Sequence record: MZ833439.1
Length of the DNA: 38,824 bases
Origin: Enterobacteria phage AH67C600_Q5
Direction: 5' to 3' (one strand)
Shown: positions 19,219 to 28,931 of the stretch, in pieces
Numbering within the stretch: position 1 is the first letter of the stretch
Layout of the letters: every line of letters starts with the position of its first letter
Program-made: the position numbers and the translations under genes
Notes under the pieces: generated by a model
Databases searched by the model: none
What the model saw: only the letters and a program-made list of their open reading frames with translations
What the model was told of the DNA's origin: nothing

Positions 19219-20834
19219 TGGCTGAGAAACGAACAGGACTTGCGGAGGAGGGCGCAAAGTCTGTCTATGAGCGTTTAAAGAATGACCGTGCTCCCTACGA
19301 GACACGCGCTCAGAATTGCGCTCAGTATACAATCCCTTCATTGTTCCCTAAGGACTCCGATAACGCCTCAACGGACTATGTAACTCCGTGGCAAGCCGTA
19401 GGCGCTCGTGGTCTAAACAATCTAGCCTCCAAGTTGATGTTAGCGTTATTCCCTATGCAGACGTGGATGCGTCTCACTATATCGGAGTTCGAGGCTAAAC
19501 AGTTACTTGATGACCCTGACGCTCTCGCTAAGGTCGATGAGGGTCTCTCGATGGTAGAGCGTATCATCATGAACTACATTGAGTCTAACAGCTACCGAGT
19601 GACTCTCTTTGAGGCTCTAAAGCAGTTAGTCGTTGCTGGTAACGTACTGCTGTACCTACCGGAACCAGAAGGGTCGAACTACAATCCCATGAAGCTGTAC
19701 CGCTTGTCTTCTTATGTGGTCCAACGAGACGCATTCGGCAACGTTCTGCAAATGGTGACTCGCGACCAGATAGCTTTCGGGGCACTCCCTGAGGATGTCC
19801 GTAAGGCTGTAGAAGGTCAAGGTGGTGAGAAGAAACCTGATGAGACCATTGATGTGTACACTCACATTTATATGGACGAGGAATCAGGAGAGTATCTCCG
19901 CTACGAAGAGGTTGAAGGTATGGAGGTCCAAGGTTCAGATGGGTCGTACCCTAAAGAGGCTTGTCCATACATCCCGATTCGAATGGTTCGACTAGATGGT
20001 GAATCCTATGGTCGTTCGTACATTGAGGAATACTTAGGTGACTTACGGTCCCTTGAGAATCTCCAAGAGGCTATCGTTAAGATGTCCATGATTAGCTCTA
20101 AGGTTATCGGCTTAGTGAACCCTGCTGGTATTACCCAGCCACGCCGACTGACTAAAGCTCAGACTGGTGACTTCGTTACAGGTCGCCCAGAAGACATCTC
20201 GTTCCTCCAACTGGAGAAGCAAGCAGACTTTACTGTGGCTAAGGCCGTCAGTGACGCTATCGAGGCTCGCCTTTCGTTTGCCTTTATGTTGAACTCTGCT
20301 GTTCAGCGCACTGGTGAACGTGTGACCGCCGAAGAGATTCGGTATGTCGCTTCTGAACTTGAAGATACTTTAGGTGGTGTCTACTCAATCCTTTCTCAAG
20401 AATTACAATTGCCTCTGGTACGAGTGCTCTTGAAGCAACTACAAGCCACGCAACAGATTCCTGAGTTACCTAAGGAAGCAGTAGAGCCAACTATTAGTAC
20501 AGGTCTGGAAGCAATCGGTCGTGGTCAAGACCTTGATAAGCTGGAACGCTGTGTCTCTGCATGGGCTGCTCTGGCCCCTATGCGTGATGACCCAGACATT
20601 AACCTTGCGATGATTAAGTTACGCATTGCTAACGCTATCGGTATTGACACTTCTGGCATCCTTCTTACCGAAGAGCAGAAGCAACAGAAGATGGCGCAAC
20701 AGTCTGTGCAAATGGGTATGGATAATGGTGCTGCTGCGCTTGGTCAAGGTATGGCTGCTCAGGCTACAGCTTCACCTGAGGCTATGGCTGCTGCCGCTGA
20801 TTCCGTTGGTTTACAGCAGGGCATTCATCTTTGA
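19218..20834 (+). CDS. 8: Head-tail connector / portal protein (gene 8)
   Basis: MAEKRTGLAEEGAKSVYERLKNDRAPYETRAQNCAQYTIP..., near-identical to T7 gp8; ends ...QQGIHL*, 2 aa longer than T7 as recalled. Confidence 0.95.
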   Translation: MAEKRTGLAEEGAKSVYERLKNDRAPYETRAQNCAQYTIPSLFPKDSDNASTDYVTPWQAVGARGLNNLASKLMLALFPMQTWMRLTISEFEAKQLLDDPDALAKVDEGLSMVERIIMNYIESNSYRVTLFEALKQLVVAGNVLLYLPEPEGSNYNPMKLYRLSSYVVQRDAFGNVLQMVTRDQIAFGALPEDVRKAVEGQGGEKKPDETIDVYTHIYMDEESGEYLRYEEVEGMEVQGSDGSYPKEACPYIPIRMVRLDGESYGRSYIEEYLGDLRSLENLQEAIVKMSMISSKVIGLVNPAGITQPRRLTKAQTGDFVTGRPEDISFLQLEKQADFTVAKAVSDAIEARLSFAFMLNSAVQRTGERVTAEEIRYVASELEDTLGGVYSILSQELQLPLVRVLLKQLQATQQIPELPKEAVEPTISTGLEAIGRGQDLDKLERCVSAWAALAPMRDDPDINLAMIKLRIANAIGIDTSGILLTEEQKQQKMAQQSVQMGMDNGAAALGQGMAAQATASPEAMAAAADSVGLQQGIHL

Positions 20835-20901
20835 AATGAGCGATGACAAGAGGTTGGAGTCCTCGGTCTTCCTGTAGTTCAACTTTAAGGAGACAATAAT
20901 A

Positions 20902-21816
20902 ATGGCTGAATCTAATGCAGACGTATATGCATCTTTTGGTGTGAACTCCGCTGTGATGTCTGGTGGTTCCGTTGAGGAACATGAGCAGAACATGCTGGCT
21001 CTTGATGTTGCTGCCCGTGATGGCGATGATGCAATCGAGTTAGCGTCCGACGAAGTGGAAACAGAACGCGACCTGTATGACAACTCTGACCCGTTCGGTC
21101 AAGAGGATGATGAGGGACGCATTCAGGTTCGTATTGGTGATGGCTCTGAGCCGACCGATGTGGATACTGGAGAAGAAGTCGCTGAGGGCACAGAGGAGTT
21201 TACCCCGCTGGGCGAGACTCCAGAAGAACTGGTAGCTGCCTCTGAGCAACTTGGTGAGCACGAAGAGGGCTTCCAAGAGATGATTAACATTGCTGCCGAG
21301 CGCGGTATGAGTGCTGAGACCATTGAGGCAATCCAGCGTGAGTACGAGGAGAACGAAGAGTTATCCGATGCGTCATACGCTAAGCTGGCTGAAATTGGCT
21401 ACACTAAGGCTTTCATCGACTCGTACATTCGCGGTCAAGAAGCTCTGGTGGAGCAGTACGTCAACAGTATCGTTGAGTACGCTGGTGGTCGTGAGCGTTT
21501 TGATGCGCTGTACAGTCACCTTGAGACTCACAACCCTGAGGCTGCACAATCGCTGGACAACGCGTTGACGAATCGCGACTTAGCGACCGTTAAGGCCATC
21601 ATCAACTTGGCTGGTGAGTCTCGTGCTAAGGCGTTCGGTCGTAAGCCAACTCGTAGTGTAACCAGTCGAGCTATTCCGGCTAAACCTCAAGCTACTAAGC
21701 GTGAAGGGTTTGCTGACCGTAGCGAGATGATTAAGGCTATGAGTGACCCTCGGTATCGCACTGATGCAAACTATCGCCGTCAAGTCGAACAGAAAGTTAT
21801 CGACTCGAACTTCTGA
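20902..21816 (+). CDS. 9: Capsid assembly scaffold protein (gene 9)
   Basis: 304-aa acidic ORF MAESNADVYASFGVNSAVMSGGSVEEHEQNMLALD..., T7 gp9 homolog. Confidence 0.95.
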   Translation: MAESNADVYASFGVNSAVMSGGSVEEHEQNMLALDVAARDGDDAIELASDEVETERDLYDNSDPFGQEDDEGRIQVRIGDGSEPTDVDTGEEVAEGTEEFTPLGETPEELVAASEQLGEHEEGFQEMINIAAERGMSAETIEAIQREYEENEELSDASYAKLAEIGYTKAFIDSYIRGQEALVEQYVNSIVEYAGGRERFDALYSHLETHNPEAAQSLDNALTNRDLATVKAIINLAGESRAKAFGRKPTRSVTSRAIPAKPQATKREGFADRSEMIKAMSDPRYRTDANYRRQVEQKVIDSNF

Positions 21817-21817
21817 T

Positions 21818-22168
21818 AGACTCTCAACTTGCCGGATTCATCCAATGAGAACATTACTGGCCTTGGGTCCGCATCGGTCATTGAGACTACTCAGGCTAAG
21901 ACTCGCTGGAACCTCTCGCGCTAATACCGATGGTCAGAAACATGGCTTCCCAGAAGGCGTTGGCGGTAACAACAAGGTGGCTAAAATCAACGTTATCGGC
22001 CTGTTCATGCACCGCTCTGCGGTTGGTACTGTGAAACTGCGTGACTTGGCTCTGGAGCGCGCTCGCCGTGCTAACTTCCAAGCTGACCAGATTATCGCTA
22101 AGTACGCAATGGGCCACGGTGGTCTGCGCCCAGAAGCTGCTGGTGCAGTGGTTTTCAAAGCGGGGTAA
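21818..22168 (+). pseudogene. 10: Remnant of the major capsid protein gene (gene 10): about 115 of about 345 codons, in two different frames
   Basis: In the frame from 21820, NENITGLGSASVIETTQAK resembles T7 gp10 NENIEGLGTATVIETTQNK and then hits a stop at 21919-21921; in the +1 frame, [87 protein letters not shown] matches the gp10 C-terminus. No N-terminal half, no start codon, no RBS, no promoter. Confidence 0.85.
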
Positions 22169-22284
22169 TGCATGAAGTGACCTCAACGGTCGCTGCTAGT
22201 ACCGAAGAGGTAAGCATTACTGCCGAAGAGAGTCTAACTCCAGCACAAAAAGCTGCACGTACACGCTTTAATGGGAGGAACTAT

Positions 22285-22875
22285 ATGCGCTCTTACGATA
22301 TGAACGTTGAGACTGCCGCTGAGTTATCCGCTGTTAACGACATTCTGGCATCTATCGGTGAACCTCCGGTATCGACGCTGGAAGGTGACGCTAACGCAGA
22401 TGTGGCGAACGCTCGGCGTATTCTCAACAAGATTAACCGACAGATTCAGTCTCGTGGCTGGACATTCAACATTGAGGAAGGCATAACGCTATTACCTGAT
22501 GTTTACTCCAACCTGATTGTATACAGTGACGACTATTTGTCCCTAATGGCTACTTCTGGTCAATCCATCTACGTCAACCGAGGTGGCTATGTGTATGACC
22601 GAACGAGTCAATCTGACCGCTTTGAATCTGGCATTACCGTTAACATTATTCGTCTTCGAGACTACGATGAGATGCCTGAGTGCTTCCGCTACTGGATTGT
22701 CACTAAGGCTTCCCGTCAGTTCAACAACCGATTCTTTGGGGCACCAGAAGTAGAAGGTGCACTCCAAGAAGAGGAAGATGAGGCTCGACGTCTCTGCATG
22801 GAGTACGAAGTGGACTACGGTGGGTACAATATGCTGGATGGCGATGCGTTCACTTCTGGTCTACTGACTCGCTAA
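22285..22875 (+). CDS. 11: Tail tubular protein A (gene 11)
   Basis: 196 aa from ATG 22285 ([35 protein letters not shown]...), near-identical to T7 gp11; upstream part of track ORF 22168..22875 is the gene 10B-extension remnant. Confidence 0.95.
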   Translation: MRSYDMNVETAAELSAVNDILASIGEPPVSTLEGDANADVANARRILNKINRQIQSRGWTFNIEEGITLLPDVYSNLIVYSDDYLSLMATSGQSIYVNRGGYVYDRTSQSDRFESGITVNIIRLRDYDEMPECFRYWIVTKASRQFNNRFFGAPEVEGALQEEEDEARRLCMEYEVDYGGYNMLDGDAFTSGLLTR

Positions 22876-22895
22876 TAATCAATAAGGAGGCTCTA

Positions 22896-25280
22896 ATGGC
22901 ACTCATTAGCCAATCAATCAAGAACTTGAAGGGTGGTATCAGCCAACAGCCTGACATCCTTCGTTATCCAGACCAAGGGTCACGCCAAGTTAACGGTTGG
23001 TCTTCGGAGACCGAGGGCCTCCAAAAGCGTCCACCTATGGTTTTCCTTAAGACCCTAGGAGGAAGTGGTGACTTAGGACAAGCGCCTTACATCCACCTGA
23101 TTAACCGTGATGAACGAGAACAGTATTACGCTGTGTTCACTGGTAGTGGAATCAGAGTGTTCGACCTTGCTGGTAACGAGAAGCAAGTTAGGTATCCTAA
23201 CGGTTCCGACTACATCAATACCGCTAATCCGCGTAACGACCTGCGAATGGTTACTGTAGCAGACTACACGTTCATCGTTAATCGCAACGTTGCTGTACAG
23301 AAGAACGAAACGTCTGTCAACTTACCGAATTACAACCCTAAGCAAGATGGATTGATTAACGTTCGTGGTGGTCAGTATGGTAGGGAACTAATTGTGCACA
23401 TTAACGGTAAAGACGTTGCGAAGTATAAAATCCCAGATGGTAGCAAACCTGAACACGTAAACAATACGGATGCCCAATGGTTAGCCGAAGAGTTAGCCAA
23501 GCAGATGAGCACTAACTTGTCTGGTTGGGCTGTAAATGTGGGGCAAGGGTTCATACACGTTACCGCACCTAGCGATCAACAGATTGACTCCTTCACGACT
23601 AAAGACGGATACGCAGACCAGTTGATTAACCCTGTGACCCACTACGTTCAGTCGTTCTCTAAGTTACCACCTAATGCTCCTGACGGCTACATGGTGAAAA
23701 TAGTAGGGGACGCCTCTAAGTCTGCCGACCAGTATTATGTTCGGTATGACGCTGAGCGGAAAGTTTGGGTTGAGACTTTAGGCTGGAACACTGAGAACCA
23801 AGTCCTATGGGAAACAATGCCACACGCTCTTGTGCGAGCCGCTGACGGTAATTTCGACTTCAAGTGGCTTGAGTGGTCTCCTAAGTCTTGTGGTGACGTT
23901 GACACCAACCCTTGGCCTTCTTTTGTTGGTTCAAGTATTAACGATGTGTTCTTCTTCCGTAACCGCTTAGGGTTCCTTAGTGGGGAGAACATCATATTGA
24001 GTCGTACAGCCAAATACTTCAACTTCTACCCTGCGTCCATTGCGAACCTTAGTGATGACGACCCTATAGACGTAGCTGTGAGTACCAACCGAATAGCAAT
24101 CCTTAAGTACGCCGTTCCGTTCTCAGAAGAGTTACTCATATGGTCAGATGAAGCCCAGTTCGTCCTGACTGCATCTGGTACCCTTACATCGAAGTCAGTT
24201 GAGTTGAACCTAACGACTCAGTTTGATGTGCAGGACCAAGCGAGACCTTACGGGATTGGGCGTAACGTCTACTTTGCTAGTCCGAGGTCCAGCTACACGT
24301 CCATCCACAGATATTACGCCGTGCAGGATGTAAGTTCCGTTAAGAACGCTGAGGACATTACATCACATGTTCCTAACTACATCCCTAATGGTGTGTTCAG
24401 TATTTGTGGTAGTGGTACGGAAAACTTCTGTTCGGTACTATCTCATGGGGACCCCAGCAAAATCTTCATGTACAAATTCCTGTACCTGAATGAAGAGCTA
24501 CGACAACAGTCGTGGTCTCACTGGGACTTTGGGGAAAACGTGCAGGTTCTAGCGTGCCAAAGTATCAGCTCAGATATGTATGTTATTCTTCGCAATGAGT
24601 TCAATACGTTCCTAGCTAAAATCTCTTTCACTAAGAACGCCATTGACTTACGAGGTGAACCTTACCGTGCCTTTATGGACATGAAGATTCGCTACACGAT
24701 TCCGAGTGGAACATACAACGATGACACGTTCACTACCTCTATCCATATTCCAACCATTTATGGTGCAAACTTCGGGAGGGACACAATCACCGTATTGGAG
24801 CCTGATGGTAAGATAACCGTATGTGAGCAACCAACTGGTGGGTGGAATAGTGACCCTTGGCTGAGACTCAGCGGTAACTTAGAGGGACGTGAAGTGTTCA
24901 TTGGGTTCAACATACACTTCGTCTATGAGTTCTCTAAGTTCCTCATCAAGCAAACTGCCGACGATGGGTCTACCTCCACGGAAGACATTGGTCGCTTACA
25001 GCTACGCCGAGCGTGGGTTAACTACGAGGAATCTGGTACGTTTGATATTTACGTTGAGAACCAATCATCCAACTGGAAGTACACAATGGCTGGTGCTCGC
25101 TTAGGCTCTAACAGTCTGAGGGCTGGGCGATTGAACTTAGGGACCGGACAATACCGATTCCCTGTGGTGGGCAACGCCAAATTCAATACCGTATACATCG
25201 TGTCAGATGCGACTACCCCTCTTAACATCATTGGGTGTGGCTGGGAAGGTAACTACTTACGGAGAAGTTCCGGTATTTAA
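22896..25280 (+). CDS. 12: Tail tubular protein B (gene 12)
   Basis: 794-aa ORF MALISQSIKNLKGGISQQPDILRYPDQGSRQVNGW..., T7 gp12 homolog. Confidence 0.97.
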   Translation: MALISQSIKNLKGGISQQPDILRYPDQGSRQVNGWSSETEGLQKRPPMVFLKTLGGSGDLGQAPYIHLINRDEREQYYAVFTGSGIRVFDLAGNEKQVRYPNGSDYINTANPRNDLRMVTVADYTFIVNRNVAVQKNETSVNLPNYNPKQDGLINVRGGQYGRELIVHINGKDVAKYKIPDGSKPEHVNNTDAQWLAEELAKQMSTNLSGWAVNVGQGFIHVTAPSDQQIDSFTTKDGYADQLINPVTHYVQSFSKLPPNAPDGYMVKIVGDASKSADQYYVRYDAERKVWVETLGWNTENQVLWETMPHALVRAADGNFDFKWLEWSPKSCGDVDTNPWPSFVGSSINDVFFFRNRLGFLSGENIILSRTAKYFNFYPASIANLSDDDPIDVAVSTNRIAILKYAVPFSEELLIWSDEAQFVLTASGTLTSKSVELNLTTQFDVQDQARPYGIGRNVYFASPRSSYTSIHRYYAVQDVSSVKNAEDITSHVPNYIPNGVFSICGSGTENFCSVLSHGDPSKIFMYKFLYLNEELRQQSWSHWDFGENVQVLACQSISSDMYVILRNEFNTFLAKISFTKNAIDLRGEPYRAFMDMKIRYTIPSGTYNDDTFTTSIHIPTIYGANFGRDTITVLEPDGKITVCEQPTGGWNSDPWLRLSGNLEGREVFIGFNIHFVYEFSKFLIKQTADDGSTSTEDIGRLQLRRAWVNYEESGTFDIYVENQSSNWKYTMAGARLGSNSLRAGRLNLGTGQYRFPVVGNAKFNTVYIVSDATTPLNIIGCGWEGNYLRRSSGI

Positions 25281-25329
25281 TTAAATATTCTCCCTGTGGT
25301 GGCCAATACGACTACGGGAGGGTTTTCTT

Positions 25330-25755
25330 ATGATGACTATAAGACCTACTAAAAGTACAGACTTAGAGGTATTCACTCCGGCTCACCATGACATTCTTGA
25401 AGCTAAGGCTGCTGGTATTGAGCCGAGTTTCCCTGATGCTTCCGAGTGTGTCACGTTGAGCCTCTATGGGTTCCCTCTAGCTATCGGTGGTAACTGCGGG
25501 GGCCAGTGCTGGTTCGTTACGAGCGACCAAGTGTGGCGACTTAGTGGAAAAGCTAAGCGAGAGTTCCGTAAGTTAATCATGGAGTATCGTGATAAGATGC
25601 TTGAGAAGTATGATACTCTTTGGAATTACGTATGGGTAGGTAATACGTCCCACATTCGTTTCCTCAAGACTATCGGTGCGGTATTCCATGAAGAGTACAC
25701 ACGCGATGGTCAGTTTCAGTTATTTACAATAAATAGGAGGACTCAGTATGGCTAG
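25330..25755 (+). CDS. 13: gp13 internal virion protein
   Basis: 141-aa ORF MMTIRPTKSTDLEVFTPAHHDILEAKAAGIEPSF... Confidence 0.9.
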   Translation: MMTIRPTKSTDLEVFTPAHHDILEAKAAGIEPSFPDASECVTLSLYGFPLAIGGNCGGQCWFVTSDQVWRLSGKAKREFRKLIMEYRDKMLEKYDTLWNYVWVGNTSHIRFLKTIGAVFHEEYTRDGQFQLFTINRRTQYG

Positions 25756-26062
25756 AGACAAAGCTAAGAAAGCGGCTTATGACAAGGCTCGCTACAATCC
25801 CCGCGCTAACAAGGACAGACACCTTAGGCGCTCGTATGGGATAACCATAGAAGATTATGATAAAATGTTTGAGTCACAAGGCGGAGCATGTGCCATTTGC
25901 GGTCGCCCTGAAACAGCCAAAGGTCGCTCATTAGCAGTAGATCATTCTCATGATACTGGCGAGGTACGTGGACTTCTGTGTCACGCCTGTAATACCTCCA
26001 TTGGTAAGTTTAGGGAGAACCGTGAGTGGCTTCTTAAAGCTATCAAATATATAGGAGGTTAA
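25748..26062 (+). CDS. HNH endonuclease of the Endonuclease VII-like type, inserted between genes 13 and 14
   Basis: 104-aa ORF with CAICGRPE...AVDHSHDTGEVRGLLCHACNTSIG, the Cys-pair/DH/HxxN pattern of Endo VII-family HNH nucleases; overlaps the gene 13 stop. Confidence 0.8.
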   Translation: MARDKAKKAAYDKARYNPRANKDRHLRRSYGITIEDYDKMFESQGGACAICGRPETAKGRSLAVDHSHDTGEVRGLLCHACNTSIGKFRENREWLLKAIKYIGG

Positions 26063-26064
26063 TT

Positions 26065-26655
26065 ATGTGTTGGGCAGCCGCAATTCCTATTGCTATATCT
26101 GGCGCTCAGGCTATCGGTAGTCAGAACGCTCAAGCTAAAATGATAGCCTCTCAGACCGCTGCTGGTCGCCGTCAAGCATTTGAACTTATGAAGCAGACGA
26201 ACATCCAGAATGCTGACCTATCGCTGCAAGCTCGAAGTAAACTTGAGGAAGCGTCCGCTGAGTTGACCTCTCAGAACATGCAGAAGGTTCAGGCTATGGG
26301 GTCAATCCGAGCTGCTATCGGAGAGAGTATGCTTGAAGGTGCCTCAATGGACCGCATTAAGCGAGTCACGGAAGGTCAGTTCATTCGGGAAGCCAATATG
26401 GTAACTGAGAACTATCGCCGAGATTATCAAGCAATCTTCGCACAGCAACTTGGTGGTACTCAAAGTGCTGCAAGCCAGATTGACGAAATCTATAAGAGCG
26501 AACAGAAACAGAAGAGTAAGCTACAGATGGTTCTGGACCCACTGGCTATCATGGGGTCTTCCGCTGCGAGTGCTTACGCATCCGGTGCGTTCGACTCTAA
26601 GTCCACAACTAAGGCACCTATTGTTGCCGCTAAAGGAACCAAGACGGGGAGGTAA
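26065..26655 (+). CDS. 14: Internal virion protein B (gene 14)
   Basis: 196-aa ORF MCWAAAIPIAISGAQAIGSQNAQAKMIASQTAAGRRQAFE... Confidence 0.93.
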   Translation: MCWAAAIPIAISGAQAIGSQNAQAKMIASQTAAGRRQAFELMKQTNIQNADLSLQARSKLEEASAELTSQNMQKVQAMGSIRAAIGESMLEGASMDRIKRVTEGQFIREANMVTENYRRDYQAIFAQQLGGTQSAASQIDEIYKSEQKQKSKLQMVLDPLAIMGSSAASAYASGAFDSKSTTKAPIVAAKGTKTGR

Positions 26656-26661
26656 TGAGCT

Positions 26662-28905
26662 ATGAGTAAAATTGAATCTGCCCTTCAAGCGGCACAACCG
26701 GGACTCTCTCGGTTACGTGGTGGCGCTGGCGGTATGGGCTATCGTGCGGCTACCACTCAGGCTGAACAGCCAAAGTCAAGCCTATTGGACACCATTGGTC
26801 GGTTCGCTAAGGCTGGTGCCGATATGTATACCGCTAGGGAACAACGAGCGCGTGACCTAGCTGATGAACGCTCTAACGAGATTATCCGTAAGTTGACCCC
26901 TGAGCAGCGCCGAGAGGCTCTCAACAACGGGACCCTTCTGTATCAGGATGACCCATACGCTATGGAAGCACTTCGCGTCAAGACTGGTCGTAACGCAGCG
27001 TACCTTGTGGACGATGACGTTATGCAGAAGATTAAAGAGGGTGTCTTCCGTACTCGTGAAGAGATGGAAGAGTACCGTCATAGTCGTCTTCAAGATGGCG
27101 CTAAGGCATACGCTGAGCAGTTCGGTATCGACCCTGATGACGTTGACTATCAGCGTGGTTTCAACGGGGACATTACTGAGCGTAACATCTCACTGTATGG
27201 GGCACATGATAGCTTCTTGAGTCAGCAAGCTCAGAAGGGTGCCATCATGAACAGCCGAGTGGAACTCAACGGCGTCCTTCAAGACCCTGATATGCTTCGA
27301 CGCCCAGACTCTGCGGACTTCTTTGAGAAGTACATCGACAACGGTCTGGTTACTGGGGCAATCCCTTCTGACGCTCAAGCAACACAGCTTATAAGCCAAG
27401 CGTTCAGTGACGCTTCTAGCCGTGCTGGTGGTGCGGACTTCCTGATGCGAGTCGGTGACAAGAAGGTAACTCTTAACGGAGCCACTACGACTTACCGAGA
27501 GTTGATGGGTGAAGAACAGTGGAATGCTCTCATGGTCACAGCACAACGTTCTCAGTTTGAGAATGACGCTAAGATGAACGAGCAGTATCGCTTGAAGATT
27601 AACTCTGCGCTTAACCAAGAGGACCCTCGTACTGCGTGGGAGATGCTTCAAGGTATCAAGGCTGAACTCGATAAGGTTCAACCTGATGAGCAGATGACAC
27701 CGCAACGTGAGTGGCTAATCTCGGCACAGGAACAAGTCCAGAATCAGATGAACGCATGGACGAAGGCTCAAGCCAAAGCTCTGGATGACTCAATGAAGTC
27801 TATGAACAAACTTGACGTAATCGACAAGCAATTCCAGAAGCGAATCAACGGTGAGTGGGTCTCAACGGACTTTAAGGATATGCCAGTCAATGAGAACACT
27901 GGTGAGTTCAAGCATAGTGATATGGTTAACTACGCCAATAAGAAGCTCGCTGAGATTGACAGTATGGACATTCCAGATGGTGCCAAGGATGCTATGAAGT
28001 TGAAGTACCTTAAAGCGGACTCTAAGGACGGCGCATTCCGTACAGCAATCGGAACTATGGTTACTGACGCCGGTCAAGAGTGGTCTGCCGCTGTGATTAA
28101 CGGTAAGTTGCCAGAACGAACCCCAGCTTTGGATGCTCTGCGTAGAATCCGTAATGCCGACCCTCAGTTGATTGCTGCGCTATACCCAGACCAAGCTGAG
28201 CTATTCCTGACGATGGACATGATGGACAAGCAGGGTATTGACCCTCAGGTTATTCTTGACGCTGACCGACTGACTGCCAAACGTTCCAAAGAGCAACGCT
28301 TCGAGGATGATAAAGCATTCGAGTCTGCACTGAATAGCTCTACGGCCCCTGAGATTGCCCGTATGCCAGCGTCACTTCGTGAATCTGCACGTAAGATTTA
28401 TGACTCCGTTAAGTATCGCTCGGGGAACGAAAGCATGGCTATGGAGCAGATGACCAAGTTCCTTAAGGAATCTACCTACACGTTCACTGGTGATGATGTT
28501 GACGGTGATACCGTTGGTGTGATTCCTAGGAATATGATGCAGGTTAACTCTGACCCGAAATCATGGGAGCAAGGTCGGGATATTCTGGAGGAAGCACGTA
28601 AGGGAATCATTGCGAGCAACCCTTGGATAACCAACAAGCAACTGACCATGTATTCTCAAGGTGACTCCATTTACCTTATGGATACCACTGGTCAAGTCCG
28701 CGTCCGTTATGATAAAGAGTTACTCTCGAAGGTCTGGAGTGAGAACCAGAAGAAACTCGAAGAGAAGGCTCGCGAGAAGGCTCTGGCTGATGCGAATAAG
28801 CGAGCACCTATAGTTGCCGCTACGAAAGCTCGCGAAGCTGCTGCTAAACGAGTGCGAGAGAAACGTAAACAGACTCCTAAGTTCATCTACGGGCGCAAGG
28901 AGTAA
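26662..28905 (+). CDS. 15: Internal virion protein C (gene 15)
   Basis: 747-aa ORF, T7 gp15 homolog. Confidence 0.95.
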   Translation: MSKIESALQAAQPGLSRLRGGAGGMGYRAATTQAEQPKSSLLDTIGRFAKAGADMYTAREQRARDLADERSNEIIRKLTPEQRREALNNGTLLYQDDPYAMEALRVKTGRNAAYLVDDDVMQKIKEGVFRTREEMEEYRHSRLQDGAKAYAEQFGIDPDDVDYQRGFNGDITERNISLYGAHDSFLSQQAQKGAIMNSRVELNGVLQDPDMLRRPDSADFFEKYIDNGLVTGAIPSDAQATQLISQAFSDASSRAGGADFLMRVGDKKVTLNGATTTYRELMGEEQWNALMVTAQRSQFENDAKMNEQYRLKINSALNQEDPRTAWEMLQGIKAELDKVQPDEQMTPQREWLISAQEQVQNQMNAWTKAQAKALDDSMKSMNKLDVIDKQFQKRINGEWVSTDFKDMPVNENTGEFKHSDMVNYANKKLAEIDSMDIPDGAKDAMKLKYLKADSKDGAFRTAIGTMVTDAGQEWSAAVINGKLPERTPALDALRRIRNADPQLIAALYPDQAELFLTMDMMDKQGIDPQVILDADRLTAKRSKEQRFEDDKAFESALNSSTAPEIARMPASLRESARKIYDSVKYRSGNESMAMEQMTKFLKESTYTFTGDDVDGDTVGVIPRNMMQVNSDPKSWEQGRDILEEARKGIIASNPWITNKQLTMYSQGDSIYLMDTTGQVRVRYDKELLSKVWSENQKKLEEKAREKALADANKRAPIVAATKAREAAAKRVREKRKQTPKFIYGRKE

Positions 28906-28931
28906 CTAAAGGCTACATAAGGAGGCCCTAA

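Noticed and set aside
21743-22168. 141-aa ORF that could be read as a short capsid-like gene
   Set aside because: It starts inside gene 9 in a different frame, has no RBS or start context, and only its last roughly 90 codons are capsid-like; it is a read-through of the gene 10 remnant, not a functional gene.
26450-27220. Small + strand ORFs overlapping genes 14 and 15 (26450..26665, 26672..26860, 26948..27220)
   Set aside because: Alternative-frame ORFs inside conserved structural genes, with no start signals or conservation argument; treated as noise.
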